A stretch of 38,563 bases of DNA from Octopus bimaculoides (lineage: Eukaryota). The notes beneath the pieces were generated by a model. It saw only the letters and a list, made by a program, of their open reading frames with translations, did not search any database and was not told the DNA's origin. Positions 11,847 through 24,684 of this stretch are shown here, in pieces. The DNA lies in assembly GCF_001194135.2 (NCBI RefSeq), contig NC_068984.1, forward strand, positions 46,016,222 through 46,054,784, written 5' to 3'. Within the stretch, counting starts at the first letter, position 1. Every line of letters starts with the position of its first letter. A program made the translations under genes and the position numbers.

Positions 11847-12472
11847 GTATATATACAAACTCAATGCTGAAAGTAGGAGTAAACCACAATCAATAGTTTA
11901 GGAGTAACAGAAAACAAAAACAAAACCAAAAAAAAAAATTATTGCAATATGTTCTATAAAAAAAAGGAAGATAACTGGTGAGTATAACAAAGGTAAGGTG
12001 CAAACAAATTATTCTCAACAGCAGCATTATTAAAAAGACCATCAATAACGACATCGATGAGATTGTTATTTATTACGAAGAATGAGAATCGTAAATATAT
12101 CAGAAGTTCTATGAATGAAACGGAGGGAACCAAGTGCAAATCACATCACTAATGATACACTCACTCACACAAACACAAACACACAGAGACACGCGCGTAC
12201 ACACACATACACACGAATATACCCCACCACACACGCATATACAACACGCACAACATATCTGTATATATTTAACGTGTGTTCTGTAATAGAAAGTATGTTT
12301 GTGAATGAGAATATGTTCGGATTTCAATATGTATTCGTATTCGTATGTTTGAATACCTGAATAACATGTCAGTGTATATTGATGTTTACTTGAACAAAAC
12401 AGAAATATCTATCTATCTATCCATCCATCTATCTATCTATCTATCTATCTTTAGTAAATTTTCTAGGTATAT

Positions 12473-13168
12473 TCTTTTATCGCATTTGACTGCGGCCATG
12501 CTGGAGCACCACCGTTTAGTCGAAGAAATCGAACCCAGCACTTATTCTTTGTAAGCCTGGTACTGATTCTAACGGTCTCTTTTGCCGAACAGCTAGATCA
12601 TGTGGACGTAAACACACCAACACNNNNNNNNNNNNNNNNNNNNNNNNNNNNNNNNNNNNNNNNNNNNNNNNNNNNNNNNNNNNNNNNNNNNNNNNNNNNN
12701 NNNNNNNNNNNNNNNNNNNNNNNNNNNNNNNNNNNNNNNNNNNNNNNNNNNNNNNNNNNNNNNNNNNNNNNNNNNNNNNNNNNNNNNNNNNNNNNNNNNN
12801 NNNNNNNNNNNNNNNNNNNNNNNNNNNNNNNNNNNNNNNNNNNAACGGTCTCTTTTGCCGAACAGCTAGATCATGTGGACGTAAACACACCAACACCGGT
12901 TTTCAAGTGATGGAGGTTGGATAAACACAGACACAAAGACACACACACACACATACATACATACGTACATGCATACATACATGCGTATATATATACACAC
13001 ACACGATGGGCTTCTTTCAATTTCCATTTACCAAATCCACTCACAAGGCTTCGGTCGACACGAGGCTACAGTAGAAGTCACTTGCTTAGGGTGCCACGCA
13101 GTGGGACTGAACCCGGAACAATGTGGTTGGGAAGTAAGCTTCTTGTCACACAGCCACGCCTGCGACTA
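12473..13168 (-). mobile_element. Family B SINE, full length, interrupted by an assembly gap
   Basis: Head about 80% identical by eye to 16068-16230; internal CA/TA tract; 3' module ending GGTGCTCCAGCATGGCCGCAGTCAAATG. Confidence 0.85.
12624..12843. other. Assembly gap flanked by an identical 53-bp overlap
   Basis: N run; 12571-12623 equals 12844-12896. Confidence 1.
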
Positions 13169-13580
13169 TTTAAACATTTGTTAAACGTTTGTCTTGTGAT
13201 TCGTCTTCGTTGGTAGGGAAGCATCAATAGTACTTCGTACAATTACAAACTTACGTACGTACTATTCTCCTGCCTGGCAACGATATATAGGCCTGTTATC
13301 AGCGACACTAATGAGTAATGGATTCTTTCTTCATATGACGCTTTGAACAAATATGAAATGTCAGATCTCAACATAAAGCGCCTCTTCTAAGTATTATTTG
13401 CATAAAGAAAACATGCTTTAGAACCTTGTTCGTGAGACATAAGCTTTACTGTGTTAGTCATATGATCCACATAGAATCATCTGGAACTTCAAAGTGGCCC
13501 TTAAGCCGAGGTCTGTAGGGGAGCACTCGTGCTAGTAAAATCTCTCGCCTTTCGCAAAGAAGCATGCATCGGATAATGTG

Positions 13581-13960
13581 TGTTGTTGTGTTGGCACTCC
13601 GTCGCTTACGACGTCGAGGGTTCCAGTTGATAGATCAACGGAACAGCCTGCTCGTGAAATCAACGTTCAAGTGGCTGAGCACTCCACAGACACGTGTACC
13701 CTTAACGTAATTCTCGGGGTTACTCAGCGTGACACAGTGTGACAAGGCTGACCCTTTGAATTACAAGCACAACAGAAACAGGAAGTAAGAGTGAGAGAAA
13801 GTTGTGGTAGAAGGGTACAGCAGGGTTCATCACCACCCCCCGCCGGAACCTCGTGGAGCTTTTAGGTGTTTTCGCTCAATAAACACTCACAACGCCCGGT
13901 CTAGGAATCGAAACCGCGATCCTATGACTGCGAGTCCGCTGCCCTAACCACTGGGCCATT
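13581..13960 (-). mobile_element. tRNA-derived SINE, family C, with an (AAC)-type tail
   Basis: Minus strand reads TGGCCCAGTGGTTAGGGC (A box) ... GGTTTCGATTCC (B box), about 300-nt body, ending GGAGTGCCAACACAACAACA; 5' end abuts a gap. Confidence 0.8.
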
Positions 13961-14549
13961 NNNNNNNNNNNNNNNNNNNNNNNNNNNNNNNNNNNNNNNN
14001 NNNNNNNNNNNNNNNNNNNNNNNNNNNNNNNNNNNNNNNNNNNNNNNNNNNNNNNNNNNNNNNNNNNNNNNNNNNNNNNNNNNNNNNNNNNNNNNNNNNN
14101 NNNNNNNNNNNNNNNNNNNNNNNNNNNNNNNNNNNNNNNNNNNNNNNNNNNNNNNNNNNNNNNNNNNNNNNNNNNNNNNNNNNNNNNNNNNNNNNNNNNN
14201 NNNNNNNNNNNNNNNNNNNNNNNNNNNNNNNNNNNNNNNNNNNNNNNNNNNNNNNNNNNNNNNNNNNNNNNNNNNNNNNNNNNNNNNNNNNNNNNNNNNN
14301 NNNNNNNNNNNNNNNNNNNNNNNNNNNNNNNNNNNNNNNNNNNNNNNNNNNNNNNNNNNNNNNNNNNNNNNNNNNNNNNNNNNNNNNNNNNNNNNNNNNN
14401 NNNNNNNNNNNNNNNNNNNNNNNNNNNNNNNNNNNNNNNNNNNNNNNNNNNNNNNNNNNNNNNNNNNNNNNNNNNNNNNNNNNNNNNNNNNNNNNNNNNN
14501 NNNNNNNNNNNNNNNNNNNNNNNNNNNNNNNNNNNNNNNNNNNNNNNNN
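13961..14549. other. Assembly gap
   Basis: N run. Confidence 1.
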
Positions 14550-14958
14550 ATATATATATATATATACATATATATATTTATATATATATGTGTGTGTGTG
14601 TATACATATGCATATAGATATATGTAGTTATGTTTATATATATGCATACATATACGTGTGTACACATACACCACGAACGTATATATATATAGGAAATCTG
14701 GGATCACCAACATTGTTCTGGATTTTTTTGCATATCAAAGCGAAGAAAAGTAAGCAGGCTTTGCAACTTTATATGAAAAGTGGTAAAACATGGAAAGAGA
14801 GGAAATATTAATATAAAATATTATACACAGCATAATATACAATAATATTATATAAAACAAAGGAAGAAAGCTTAATATATGGGTTATTGTATTTCATCAG
14901 GAAATTGCAATGTGTTTCATTGTCACTTTCCTTCAGATGAATTACAACAATAACACCG

Positions 14959-15096
<138 letters not shown>

Positions 15097-15646
15097 GTGG
15101 TTCTTGAGAATAACTATGATAAAAATAATCTCCTTTATGTATTTTCTATGAAAAATTATATGCTGATTTGTAGGTAGAATACTACGTGGTCTCTTTTAGT
15201 TAAAAATTCTTTGGCAATGTATTACATTAATATTACGTTATGCATAGTATGTCGCAGATAATTAGTATTTAGTATATTTGGTCTTTCATATATATCAGCT
15301 CGCCTTATAACAATCTATGTTAGCTGTAGGGAGTGTGAGAAGAAAAAGGAATGCGAGTGCGATTAAGTTCCAATTTCCTGTTCGCTCCTCTACCAAACTT
15401 TTCTCCTCTCATTTGGACATTTGACACCTCTCAATCGCAATACCTTCTTTACGTATTTACATCTCTTAGTATGACGCTTAAGAAAATCCAAATACCATGT
15501 TTACGGAAAAGTAACGAGGATAAAAATATATCATGTGCGCACACACACAACCAACACCCCGCCACCACAACCAACACACAGACACAGACACATACACTTT
15601 CACAGGAACGGATGTACTCACACGTGCACACGAATCCACACATGAA

Positions 15647-15727
15647 CACGCTCACACGCACGCTCACACGCACGCTCACACGCACGCTCACACGCACGCT
15701 CACACGCACGCTCACACGCCCGCTCAC
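15647..15727. repeat. 12-bp minisatellite (CACGCTCACACG), about 6.5 units
   Basis: Direct reading; gives RTLT repeats in the ORF track. Confidence 0.92.
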
Positions 15728-16067
15728 GTACATATAGTGAATGTTGAAAGAGACTCTAGATTCAAATACTGGCTTATATTGTCATGATAGTAAACTAATA
15801 AATCAAAGAAAAGATACAGAATAATAATATAAATCCTAACGAGATGCTACTTCTACTTCGAAACTTTATTAAAAAATTATTGAGCCTTTAACTTCTTCTT
15901 TGACGACGAGTCTTTTAAGTGGGCCGTTCATCATTACAATTGTGCATTGAAAGACAGTGGCCTCAAAGTAGAACAACACTAAAACTCATAATCACACAAA
16001 TAAGAAACGAAATATCAAAATCCTGTATATAGTTTAAATGTCCATTCGAATGTTACAAATGGTTTCT

Positions 16068-16498
16068 ATAGGCGCAGGAGTGGCTGTGTGGTAAGTAGCT
16101 TGCGTACCAACCACATGCGTCTGGGTTCAGTCCCACTGCGTGGCACCTTGGGCAAGTGTCTTCTACTATAACCTCGAGCCGACCAAAGCCTTGTGAGTGG
16201 ATTTAGACGGAAACTGAAACAAGCCCGTCGTATATATCTATATATATATATATATATATATATTTATGATTGTGTATATGTTTGTGTGTCTGTGTTAGTC
16301 CCCCCAACTTCGCTTGCCAACCGATGGTAGTGTGTTTACGTCCCCGTAACTTAGCGGTTCGGCAATAAGAGACCGATAGAATAAGAACTAAGCTTAGAAA
16401 GAATATGTCCTGGGGGTCGCTTTGCTCGACTAAAGGCGGTGCCCCAGCATGGCCACAGTCAAATGAGTGAAACAAGTAAACGAGTAAAAGAAAAAGAG
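16068..16498 (+). mobile_element. Family B SINE, full length
   Basis: Head GGCGCAGGAGTGGCTGTGTGGTAAG...GGGTTCAGTCCC, box CCTTGGGCAAGTGTCTTC, internal (TA)n/(TG)n at about 16229-16295, 3' module and A-rich tail. Confidence 0.88.
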
Positions 16499-17552
16499 TA
16501 TAATTTATAACCTGCAGAATATCTAGTTCACCCAGAACTGCTCGCAGTTTGGCATTCTCAGTCAACCACATACTCAGTCGCTTCGCCATTGAAATTATGA
16601 ATTATAATTTTCTTGGTTACAAAACAAAAGGTTACAGATGGAAGAATGGTTCCTTATACGCTCAGATCGACAGAAGTCAAAGTTAACATTAGCAGAATCT
16701 GAACTTGGAAAGGAACAAAGAATGCAAAGAAAATGTAGCCTCTCTCTATTAATTCTACTGTCCTTCATGCAGTAAATTATTTAAACATATTGGTTTATAA
16801 TATAGTTATAATATCACTAATTATGCGATTTTGAAAGATAAAATTTACGTCCTTCTGTTATTGGTATTCTATCACATTGAGCCTGTAGGGTCAAAAGGGC
16901 GAAATTGATCCAAACGGGCTTAGAGCGTATTGTTATTAATCTGCTAATATAAAAGAAAGTTCAACCTCAGCAGATTTGAGCTCATAACATGGCGTAATTA
17001 TACTACATACCACAAACACATTGTTCACTACTCCTCCCAGCCATTACCATAATATATTATATCAGTAAGACATTTCTGGGTTGCTGAGCATTTAAGCATC
17101 AATGCTTAGCCCAAGCTAGCAGATGCGAATAAACAATTGCAGTTTTATTTGTTTTCACTGTTATTAAGAATGGCGCCATAAAGTGATGTAATGATTCTAC
17201 TTTCTTAGCATCAAGTGTTTATTCGTTGTAAGGAAGGGTATATAGTCCTGCGATACAAACATTCCAATAACATAATTGTAAATAATGCAAGAAAAATGAA
17301 GTGAATAAAAATTATAAGCATATTTAGCTTTTTGATAACATGGACATACTAAAGTAGACATAGGCATATCTACATTTATCGATACATAAGGACATGTATA
17401 CATGCACACACGCACACACGCACACACACACATACACATGCAAAATACTTTTGCTGATCTTTATCGAAGGGTGTCCACAAAGCGTAGTACCCAGTTGCTC
17501 ACTGTAAGAGATAAAAAGTGAAAAAGAGTGCACGACAGGGTGTATAGACTGT

Positions 17553-17554
<2 letters not shown>

Positions 17555-17602
<48 letters not shown>

Positions 17603-17766
17603 GCATCTCTCTCTCCCCCTCTCTCTCTCTCTATATATATATATACACATATATATATATATATATACATATACATACATATATATATATATATACACTG
17701 TGTGTATATATATATAGATATATATGTATACATATATTTATATATATGTGTATGTATACATATATG

Positions 17767-17827
<61 letters not shown>
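17555..17827. repeat. Compound (CA)/(TA)/(CT) microsatellite running into a gap
   Basis: Direct reading. Confidence 0.93.
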
Positions 17828-18174
17828 NNNNNNNNNNNNNNNNNNNNNNNNNNNNNNNNNNNNNNNNNNNNNNNNNNNNNNNNNNNNNNNNNNNNNNNNN
17901 NNNNNNNNNNNNNNNNNNNNNNNNNNNNNNNNNNNNNNNNNNNNNNNNNNNNNNNNNNNNNNNNNNNNNNNNNNNNNNNNNNNNNNNNNNNNNNNNNNNN
18001 NNNNNNNNNNNNNNNNNNNNNNNNNNNNNNNNNNNNNNNNNNNNNNNNNNNNNNNNNNNNNNNNNNNNNNNNNNNNNNNNNNNNNNNNNNNNNNNNNNNN
18101 NNNNNNNNNNNNNNNNNNNNNNNNNNNNNNNNNNNNNNNNNNNNNNNNNNNNNNNNNNNNNNNNNNNNNNNNNN
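17828..18174. other. Assembly gap
   Basis: N run. Confidence 1.
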
Positions 18175-18872
18175 TATATATATAAAATTAGATAAAGGAA
18201 CACATATTGCTCTTGCATGAACTATATCAACTACATTTCTGGATTTCTCGACAGATTCTGTTTCAATCTTAAATTTTCTAACGCTTACTCAGAAAATAAA
18301 AATCAATGCCCAAACCCTCTCATTAGTAGCTTGAACATTGGGGAGCAAGGATGCAATTCTCCATAGATGAAAGGCCTGGCTAGACTGCTTACAACAATGC
18401 GGACCATGATAAGAGATGAATTATAGTACTCAAGTACAGTTACTATCTCTCCGACATTGTCTTAAGGACATCCTGGTCTGTTCTATGTAATTTTGTCCAC
18501 ACTTGAGCATGTTATAGCATAAATTGGTTTTTCAGATACCAAATTATATATAATTTTGAAGAGTCGTACTTGTAGAAAATGAATTTCTGATCCTTCTGAT
18601 TTAGACATGTACTGCGGTTTGATCACTCGCATTTTTAGTACTGTTGTTTCTGTTGTTATTGCGTAGAATTTATTTCATACATCTTGGCTGTCTTTTACTT
18701 TTTATGATCGTAAGCTTTTGCAGGATTTTGTTAATTTCTGAGTCCTTTTTCATGTTAAGAAAGCGGGAATCAACAACAACAGCACCAACACCCACCCATA
18801 TATAGAAGTATGGGTGGGTATACATGTGTATGTGTATGTATGTGTATGTGTATATACATGTGTATGTATGTA

Positions 18873-18907
<35 letters not shown>

Positions 18908-18953
18908 GAATGGATTTAAACGGATTTTACTTCCGACATATGTTGCGAAGATA

Positions 18954-18992
<39 letters not shown>

Positions 18993-19506
18993 AGTTAATT
19001 CTTGAAATTGTTTCAACTTCAAAGCTGCGATCATGTTGGGGCATATGTATGTATGTATGTATGTATAGATACGTTGTTGATTCTCGCTTTCTTGACGATT
19101 GGTTGTGTACGTTGCAATTGTGAGTACAAACACTACGTTTCTCTTACTTTCATTCTTTCTCTCACTCTCACTCTTTTCCTCTTTCTTTCCACACCTCCAG
19201 CCTGCTCCTTCTCAGCTAATATATTGTTTCTTCGAAATCTAAATAACTAACCGACTTCCTGTCACTTTTCCTACCTCACCTTTAGCATTGTGTATCGAAT
19301 TCTTTATCAAGGTTGTATCGCGCTCAAACATATATACACACGGACACGCACAAATACACACACACATACAACACACAAACAAACACACCGCACAAACATA
19401 GATATCTCTGTACGTACGAATGTATATCATTAATTCTGCACGTCTCACATCTGTTAAAGTGAAAGTTTTCACACAGGAGTTAACTGTCGATTAAAACGCT
19501 AAAATT

Positions 19507-19598
19507 CTCCTCCTCCTCCCCTCTTCCTCCTCCTCCTCCCCTCTTCCTCCTCCCCTCTTCCTCCTCCCCTCTTCCTCCTCCCCTCTTCCTCCTCCCCT
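19507..19598. repeat. 14-bp polypyrimidine tandem repeat (TCTTCCTCCTCCCC)n
   Basis: About 6 units, continuing into the gap and resuming as CTCTTCCTCC after it. Confidence 0.9.
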
Positions 19599-20112
19599 NN
19601 NNNNNNNNNNNNNNNNNNNNNNNNNNNNNNNNNNNNNNNNNNNNNNNNNNNNNNNNNNNNNNNNNNNNNNNNNNNNNNNNNNNNNNNNNNNNNNNNNNNN
19701 NNNNNNNNNNNNNNNNNNNNNNNNNNNNNNNNNNNNNNNNNNNNNNNNNNNNNNNNNNNNNNNNNNNNNNNNNNNNNNNNNNNNNNNNNNNNNNNNNNNN
19801 NNNNNNNNNNNNNNNNNNNNNNNNNNNNNNNNNNNNNNNNNNNNNNNNNNNNNNNNNNNNNNNNNNNNNNNNNNNNNNNNNNNNNNNNNNNNNNNNNNNN
19901 NNNNNNNNNNNNNNNNNNNNNNNNNNNNNNNNNNNNNNNNNNNNNNNNNNNNNNNNNNNNNNNNNNNNNNNNNNNNNNNNNNNNNNNNNNNNNNNNNNNN
20001 NNNNNNNNNNNNNNNNNNNNNNNNNNNNNNNNNNNNNNNNNNNNNNNNNNNNNNNNNNNNNNNNNNNNNNNNNNNNNNNNNNNNNNNNNNNNNNNNNNNN
20101 NNNNNNNNNNNN
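19599..20112. other. Assembly gap
   Basis: N run. Confidence 1.
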
Positions 20113-20319
20113 CTCTTCCTCCTTTATTATCAAGGTTAAAGGGAAAGAAATAAAGCAACTCTGATACAAAATTGTTTGTTTATTGTTTGTTTCATTTTTT
20201 TCTTTATCTTTTCTTTTGCTCTGTTTTGTTTCAAGCTTTTATTCTCTTTCACTTCTTCTTTGCTCATTCAGTCTTCCTCCACACCTCTAAGCCTCACTAT
20301 CATTCCATATATCTCCTTA

Positions 20320-20322
<3 letters not shown>

Positions 20323-20363
<41 letters not shown>

Positions 20364-20364
20364 C

Positions 20365-20402
<38 letters not shown>
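20323..20402. repeat. (TTTC)n microsatellite
   Basis: Direct reading. Confidence 0.95.
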
Positions 20403-20403
<1 letters not shown>

Positions 20404-20564
20404 ATTTTTTACTCTCTTTCTTTTACTCTTTCTTTTACATTCTTTTTATCCCTTTCTTTTACTCTTTACTCCTACTTTTTTTTCTTTCCTTCCTGATACA
20501 AATATTTCTTTCCTGTTGTTTTCTTTTCGTGTTTGTCCTTTTCCTGCTCCGCAACTTCACTGTA

Positions 20565-20645
20565 CACAACAACAACAACAACAGTAGCAGCAGCAGTAAC
20601 AGCAACAACAACAGCATTAAAAGCAATAGCAATTGCAGCAACAAT
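20565..20645. repeat. Degenerate (CAA/CAG)n tract
   Basis: Direct reading. Confidence 0.8.
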
Positions 20646-20860
20646 GTCAAACATTGGTAACCAGAAGAAGAAATAAAAAAAAACAAACGCCAGCAACAAT
20701 TACAGTAACTTCAACATCAAAGGGAAACCGTGCAAAAGAAAAGCCGGAGCGATAATAACTATGTAACTCCATCCATCTCTACCTCTCCTCCACCTCTTTC
20801 TCTCTCTCCTTCATTCTCTGATCTCCACCTCCTCCCCTCCTCCTCCTCCTCCACTCCTCC

Positions 20861-21592
20861 NNNNNNNNNNNNNNNNNNNNNNNNNNNNNNNNNNNNNNNN
20901 NNNNNNNNNNNNNNNNNNNNNNNNNNNNNNNNNNNNNNNNNNNNNNNNNNNNNNNNNNNNNNNNNNNNNNNNNNNNNNNNNNNNNNNNNNNNNNNNNNNN
21001 NNNNNNNNNNNNNNNNNNNNNNNNNNNNNNNNNNNNNNNNNNNNNNNNNNNNNNNNNNNNNNNNNNNNNNNNNNNNNNNNNNNNNNNNNNNNNNNNNNNN
21101 NNNNNNNNNNNNNNNNNNNNNNNNNNNNNNNNNNNNNNNNNNNNNNNNNNNNNNNNNNNNNNNNNNNNNNNNNNNNNNNNNNNNNNNNNNNNNNNNNNNN
21201 NNNNNNNNNNNNNNNNNNNNNNNNNNNNNNNNNNNNNNNNNNNNNNNNNNNNNNNNNNNNNNNNNNNNNNNNNNNNNNNNNNNNNNNNNNNNNNNNNNNN
21301 NNNNNNNNNNNNNNNNNNNNNNNNNNNNNNNNNNNNNNNNNNNNNNNNNNNNNNNNNNNNNNNNNNNNNNNNNNNNNNNNNNNNNNNNNNNNNNNNNNNN
21401 NNNNNNNNNNNNNNNNNNNNNNNNNNNNNNNNNNNNNNNNNNNNNNNNNNNNNNNNNNNNNNNNNNNNNNNNNNNNNNNNNNNNNNNNNNNNNNNNNNNN
21501 NNNNNNNNNNNNNNNNNNNNNNNNNNNNNNNNNNNNNNNNNNNNNNNNNNNNNNNNNNNNNNNNNNNNNNNNNNNNNNNNNNNNNNNNNNNN
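20861..21592. other. Assembly gap
   Basis: N run with CCT-rich flanks. Confidence 1.
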
Positions 21593-21647
21593 TACGTCCC
21601 ATCCCCTCCTCCCATCATCCCCTCCTCCCATCCTCTATCTCTCCCTC

Positions 21648-21699
21648 CTACCACCACCACCACCACCACCACCAACCATCACCGCCGCCGCCGCCACCG

Positions 21700-21761
<62 letters not shown>

Positions 21762-21762
21762 G
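21648..21762. repeat. (CCA)n-(CCG)n-(CTA)n compound trinucleotide repeat
   Basis: Direct reading. Confidence 0.93.
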
Positions 21763-22866
21763 TTACCAGCACCTTCATCATCACTACTGCTACGATTGTT
21801 CATTTTATTTCCGTATATATCCAGTGGCCACAGTACAGACGCCATTGCCGACAACATACCACTCGCAAAAAGATGACAAAAAAACTGCCTCTCACCACCC
21901 CATTTTGCAACAACCTTGACCAGCGTTACAATTCATTTCCTCTTCTTACCTTCTCATGTACTTAATTATCATAATCTTTATTACAATTAGGATTCTCATC
22001 ATCACAAACTCCAGCGTCATTTGTTCAGAGACTAATATTTCTCATTAATACCATAAATCGCACAACCAACAAACATTCGTACACAAATTCTCCTTTCCTT
22101 TTTCTTCCTCATCATCACCAGAAGCTGGAGAAGCAGACAGCAGCAGCAGGTATTAAAACAAACAATGGTAATGATGATGGAAATGATGTTTATGACGATG
22201 TTCATGATGACGATGACGATGATGATAATAATTTATTAATTAGCCACAGGAAGTAAAAAATGAAATCTTGGGCAGTAAAATAGGATAAGATATAAATAGT
22301 GTGCAATGGTTTATGGACAAAAAAAATCAAATATTGTAAAAGCAAGAATTAAAATTATTGATAAAAATCACTAATTACAGCAACGTATCTATTAATGAAA
22401 GACCCCATAAACCAAAATCATCTTCAGAGATGAAATATTTTCCCGATGGGAAACTACTAGTTGAGATGTGATAAACAAGACGAAGTATCGCAATCTATAT
22501 CAGAGTAATGTGTCGTATTATATGTTAATGAAGGAAAGACCACTGGTGTAAATGCAAAGTGAAGTGGGCAGGTTTATTTTTTACTCTTTCAATGCAACAT
22601 AGATTAATAACATCAAATAGAAAAACAACGAAACTCAGGCAATCCACTGAGGCAGTATACATGTTAGAAGTAGAATTCGAATCCAAATATTCCCTCCACA
22701 GAAAGAATGAGTGCAGTCGCAACAATCTACAACTAACTCAAAACAAACTGATAAAAAAACTACAATATTATAATGATAATTATTCAATTAATAATGTAAT
22801 ATTAAGAACCCCGTGAAAATAGAGGACTTTAAAGAAGTATAATATACACAAGTGCCCCCAAACAAA

Positions 22867-22914
<48 letters not shown>

Positions 22915-22916
<2 letters not shown>

Positions 22917-23094
22917 CAATGCCAACATTAACAAGAAAGAAAAAATAACAACGCGAGGACGTAGAACAAGTACAGTGTTATTGGATGCTGAGGAAAGGAA
23001 AGAAAAGAAAGAGGATTTCACGTTTCGAGCGAAACTCTTCATCAGAAATATAGAAAAAGTCCGAAGAAGGGAAGACGGAGACAGAAAATTGCCA
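22915..23094 (-). mobile_element. Penelope-like terminal fragment with hammerhead motif, ending in (TA)n
   Basis: HHR-like motif followed by a pyrimidine-rich tail of about 100 nt joined to (TA)n at 22875-22914; 5' side lost in a gap. Confidence 0.55.
23015..23049 (-). ncRNA. Minimal hammerhead-like motif (extra A after the core, ACGT stem III)
   Basis: Minus strand: ATTT-CTGATGA-A-GAG-TTTCG-CTC-GAAACGT-G-AAAT; stems I and II pair, but position 17 is G, which is non-canonical. Confidence 0.55.
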
Positions 23095-23211
23095 NNNNNN
23101 NNNNNNNNNNNNNNNNNNNNNNNNNNNNNNNNNNNNNNNNNNNNNNNNNNNNNNNNNNNNNNNNNNNNNNNNNNNNNNNNNNNNNNNNNNNNNNNNNNNN
23201 NNNNNNNNNNN
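23095..23211. other. Assembly gap
   Basis: N run. Confidence 1.
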
Positions 23212-23291
23212 TATATATATATATATACACACATATGTTTGTGTGTGTGTGTGTGCAGTGTGAGCGAAAAGTCACGCACCAATACATCACG

Positions 23292-23293
<2 letters not shown>

Positions 23294-23353
<60 letters not shown>
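23294..23353. repeat. (TTA)n microsatellite
   Basis: Direct reading. Confidence 0.96.
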
Positions 23354-23356
<3 letters not shown>

Positions 23357-24296
23357 TTTGGTCATCATATACAAATACGTGTTTATTCATGATTATTTTA
23401 TTTCTTTTATTCAATTTGGGAAAAATTGAAGCATGTCTTTGACAATTCCGGACCGTGTTGGATTCATTTCGCGCAAGATTTTCGGTCCACCCTCTATATA
23501 CATTTATTCCACATACGCAAGCATACATCTAAATATGTATGTATGTAATGTAAATACTACTGTTTATTAGTACACAGACTGAGATGTATCTTAGTGGTAA
23601 AATATATCTTTACGGAACCAGCGTTGACAATCAAGAAATTTAGAATTGAAGCAGAGTAATCTTGTCATTACAATTAATAGATTATTCTCTACTTCCGTGT
23701 TGAACACTATTTCCTTGTCTGTACATACATACTCACTTACATACATACGTACATACATAATCACACACGCACACACACACACACACACAACCATACACAC
23801 ATATCCTTGCTTCTTAGAAAATCAACACCTACTTTACTTCCAGAAACTTACACCTAAAGCACCAACATACCTTAAATATGTTTATTATGATTTAATTAAC
23901 ACCTCATAGGAAGTTGGAATAAATATTATCGATGATTATGTGAATGTATGTGTATATGCATTGGCTCATACACACAATATATAGATATGCATGTGTGCAC
24001 ACACACATACACGCACACACACACGTATATATAAATACAGTAGTGAACGTACGCATACAGCTGTGTCGATACCATATACGCTCATACATAGGATATTATA
24101 GGGAATTATATACACACAATATCGGGCATAATATGTCACATCTGATATTTAATTAGTTATATTGTTTCACGCATTACTTTTCAATAGATATGTACTGATA
24201 ATGATCACAGTTGCATTCATAAACATAAAGGCTTTCCACATACAACGACTCTTATTCATACATCACCCAGAAATGTACCCCATTGTGTGAGTGTGT

Positions 24297-24633
24297 GTGA
24301 AGGCGCATGGCTCAGTGGTTAGAGCGTCGAACTTACGATCGCGAGATTGTGAGTTCGGACCCCGGACTGGGCTGCGTGTTGTGTTCTTGAGCAAGACACT
24401 ATATTTCATGTTGCTCCAGTTCACTCAGCTGTAGAAATGAGTTGCGACGTCACAGGTGCCAAGCTGTATCGGCCTTTGCCTTTCTCTTGGATATCATTGG
24501 TGGCGTGGAGAGGGGGAGGCCGGTATGCATGAGCGACTGCTGGCTTTCCATAAACAACCTTGCCTGGATTTGTGCCTCGGAAGGTAACCTTCTAGGTGTA
24601 ATCCCATGGTTAGCCATGTCCGAAGGGGGTCTC
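24297..24633 (+). mobile_element. tRNA-derived SINE, family D
   Basis: A box TGGCTCAGTGGTTAGAGC, degenerate B box GAGTTCGGACCC, box GTGTTCTTGAGCAAGACACT, GC-richer body ending at a (TA)n tract. Confidence 0.8.
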
Positions 24634-24634
24634 A

Positions 24635-24684
<50 letters not shown>

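Noticed and set aside
12571-12896. Exact 53-bp direct duplication inside a SINE
   Set aside because: The two copies sit on either edge of an N gap and joining them restores a normal family B sequence; most likely overlapping contig ends
14693-14749. 57-nt open segment between AG and GTAAGC (EIWDHQHCSGFFCISKRRK)
   Set aside because: The acceptor lies in a (TA)n tract with no pyrimidine run; such matches are expected by chance in 38 kb
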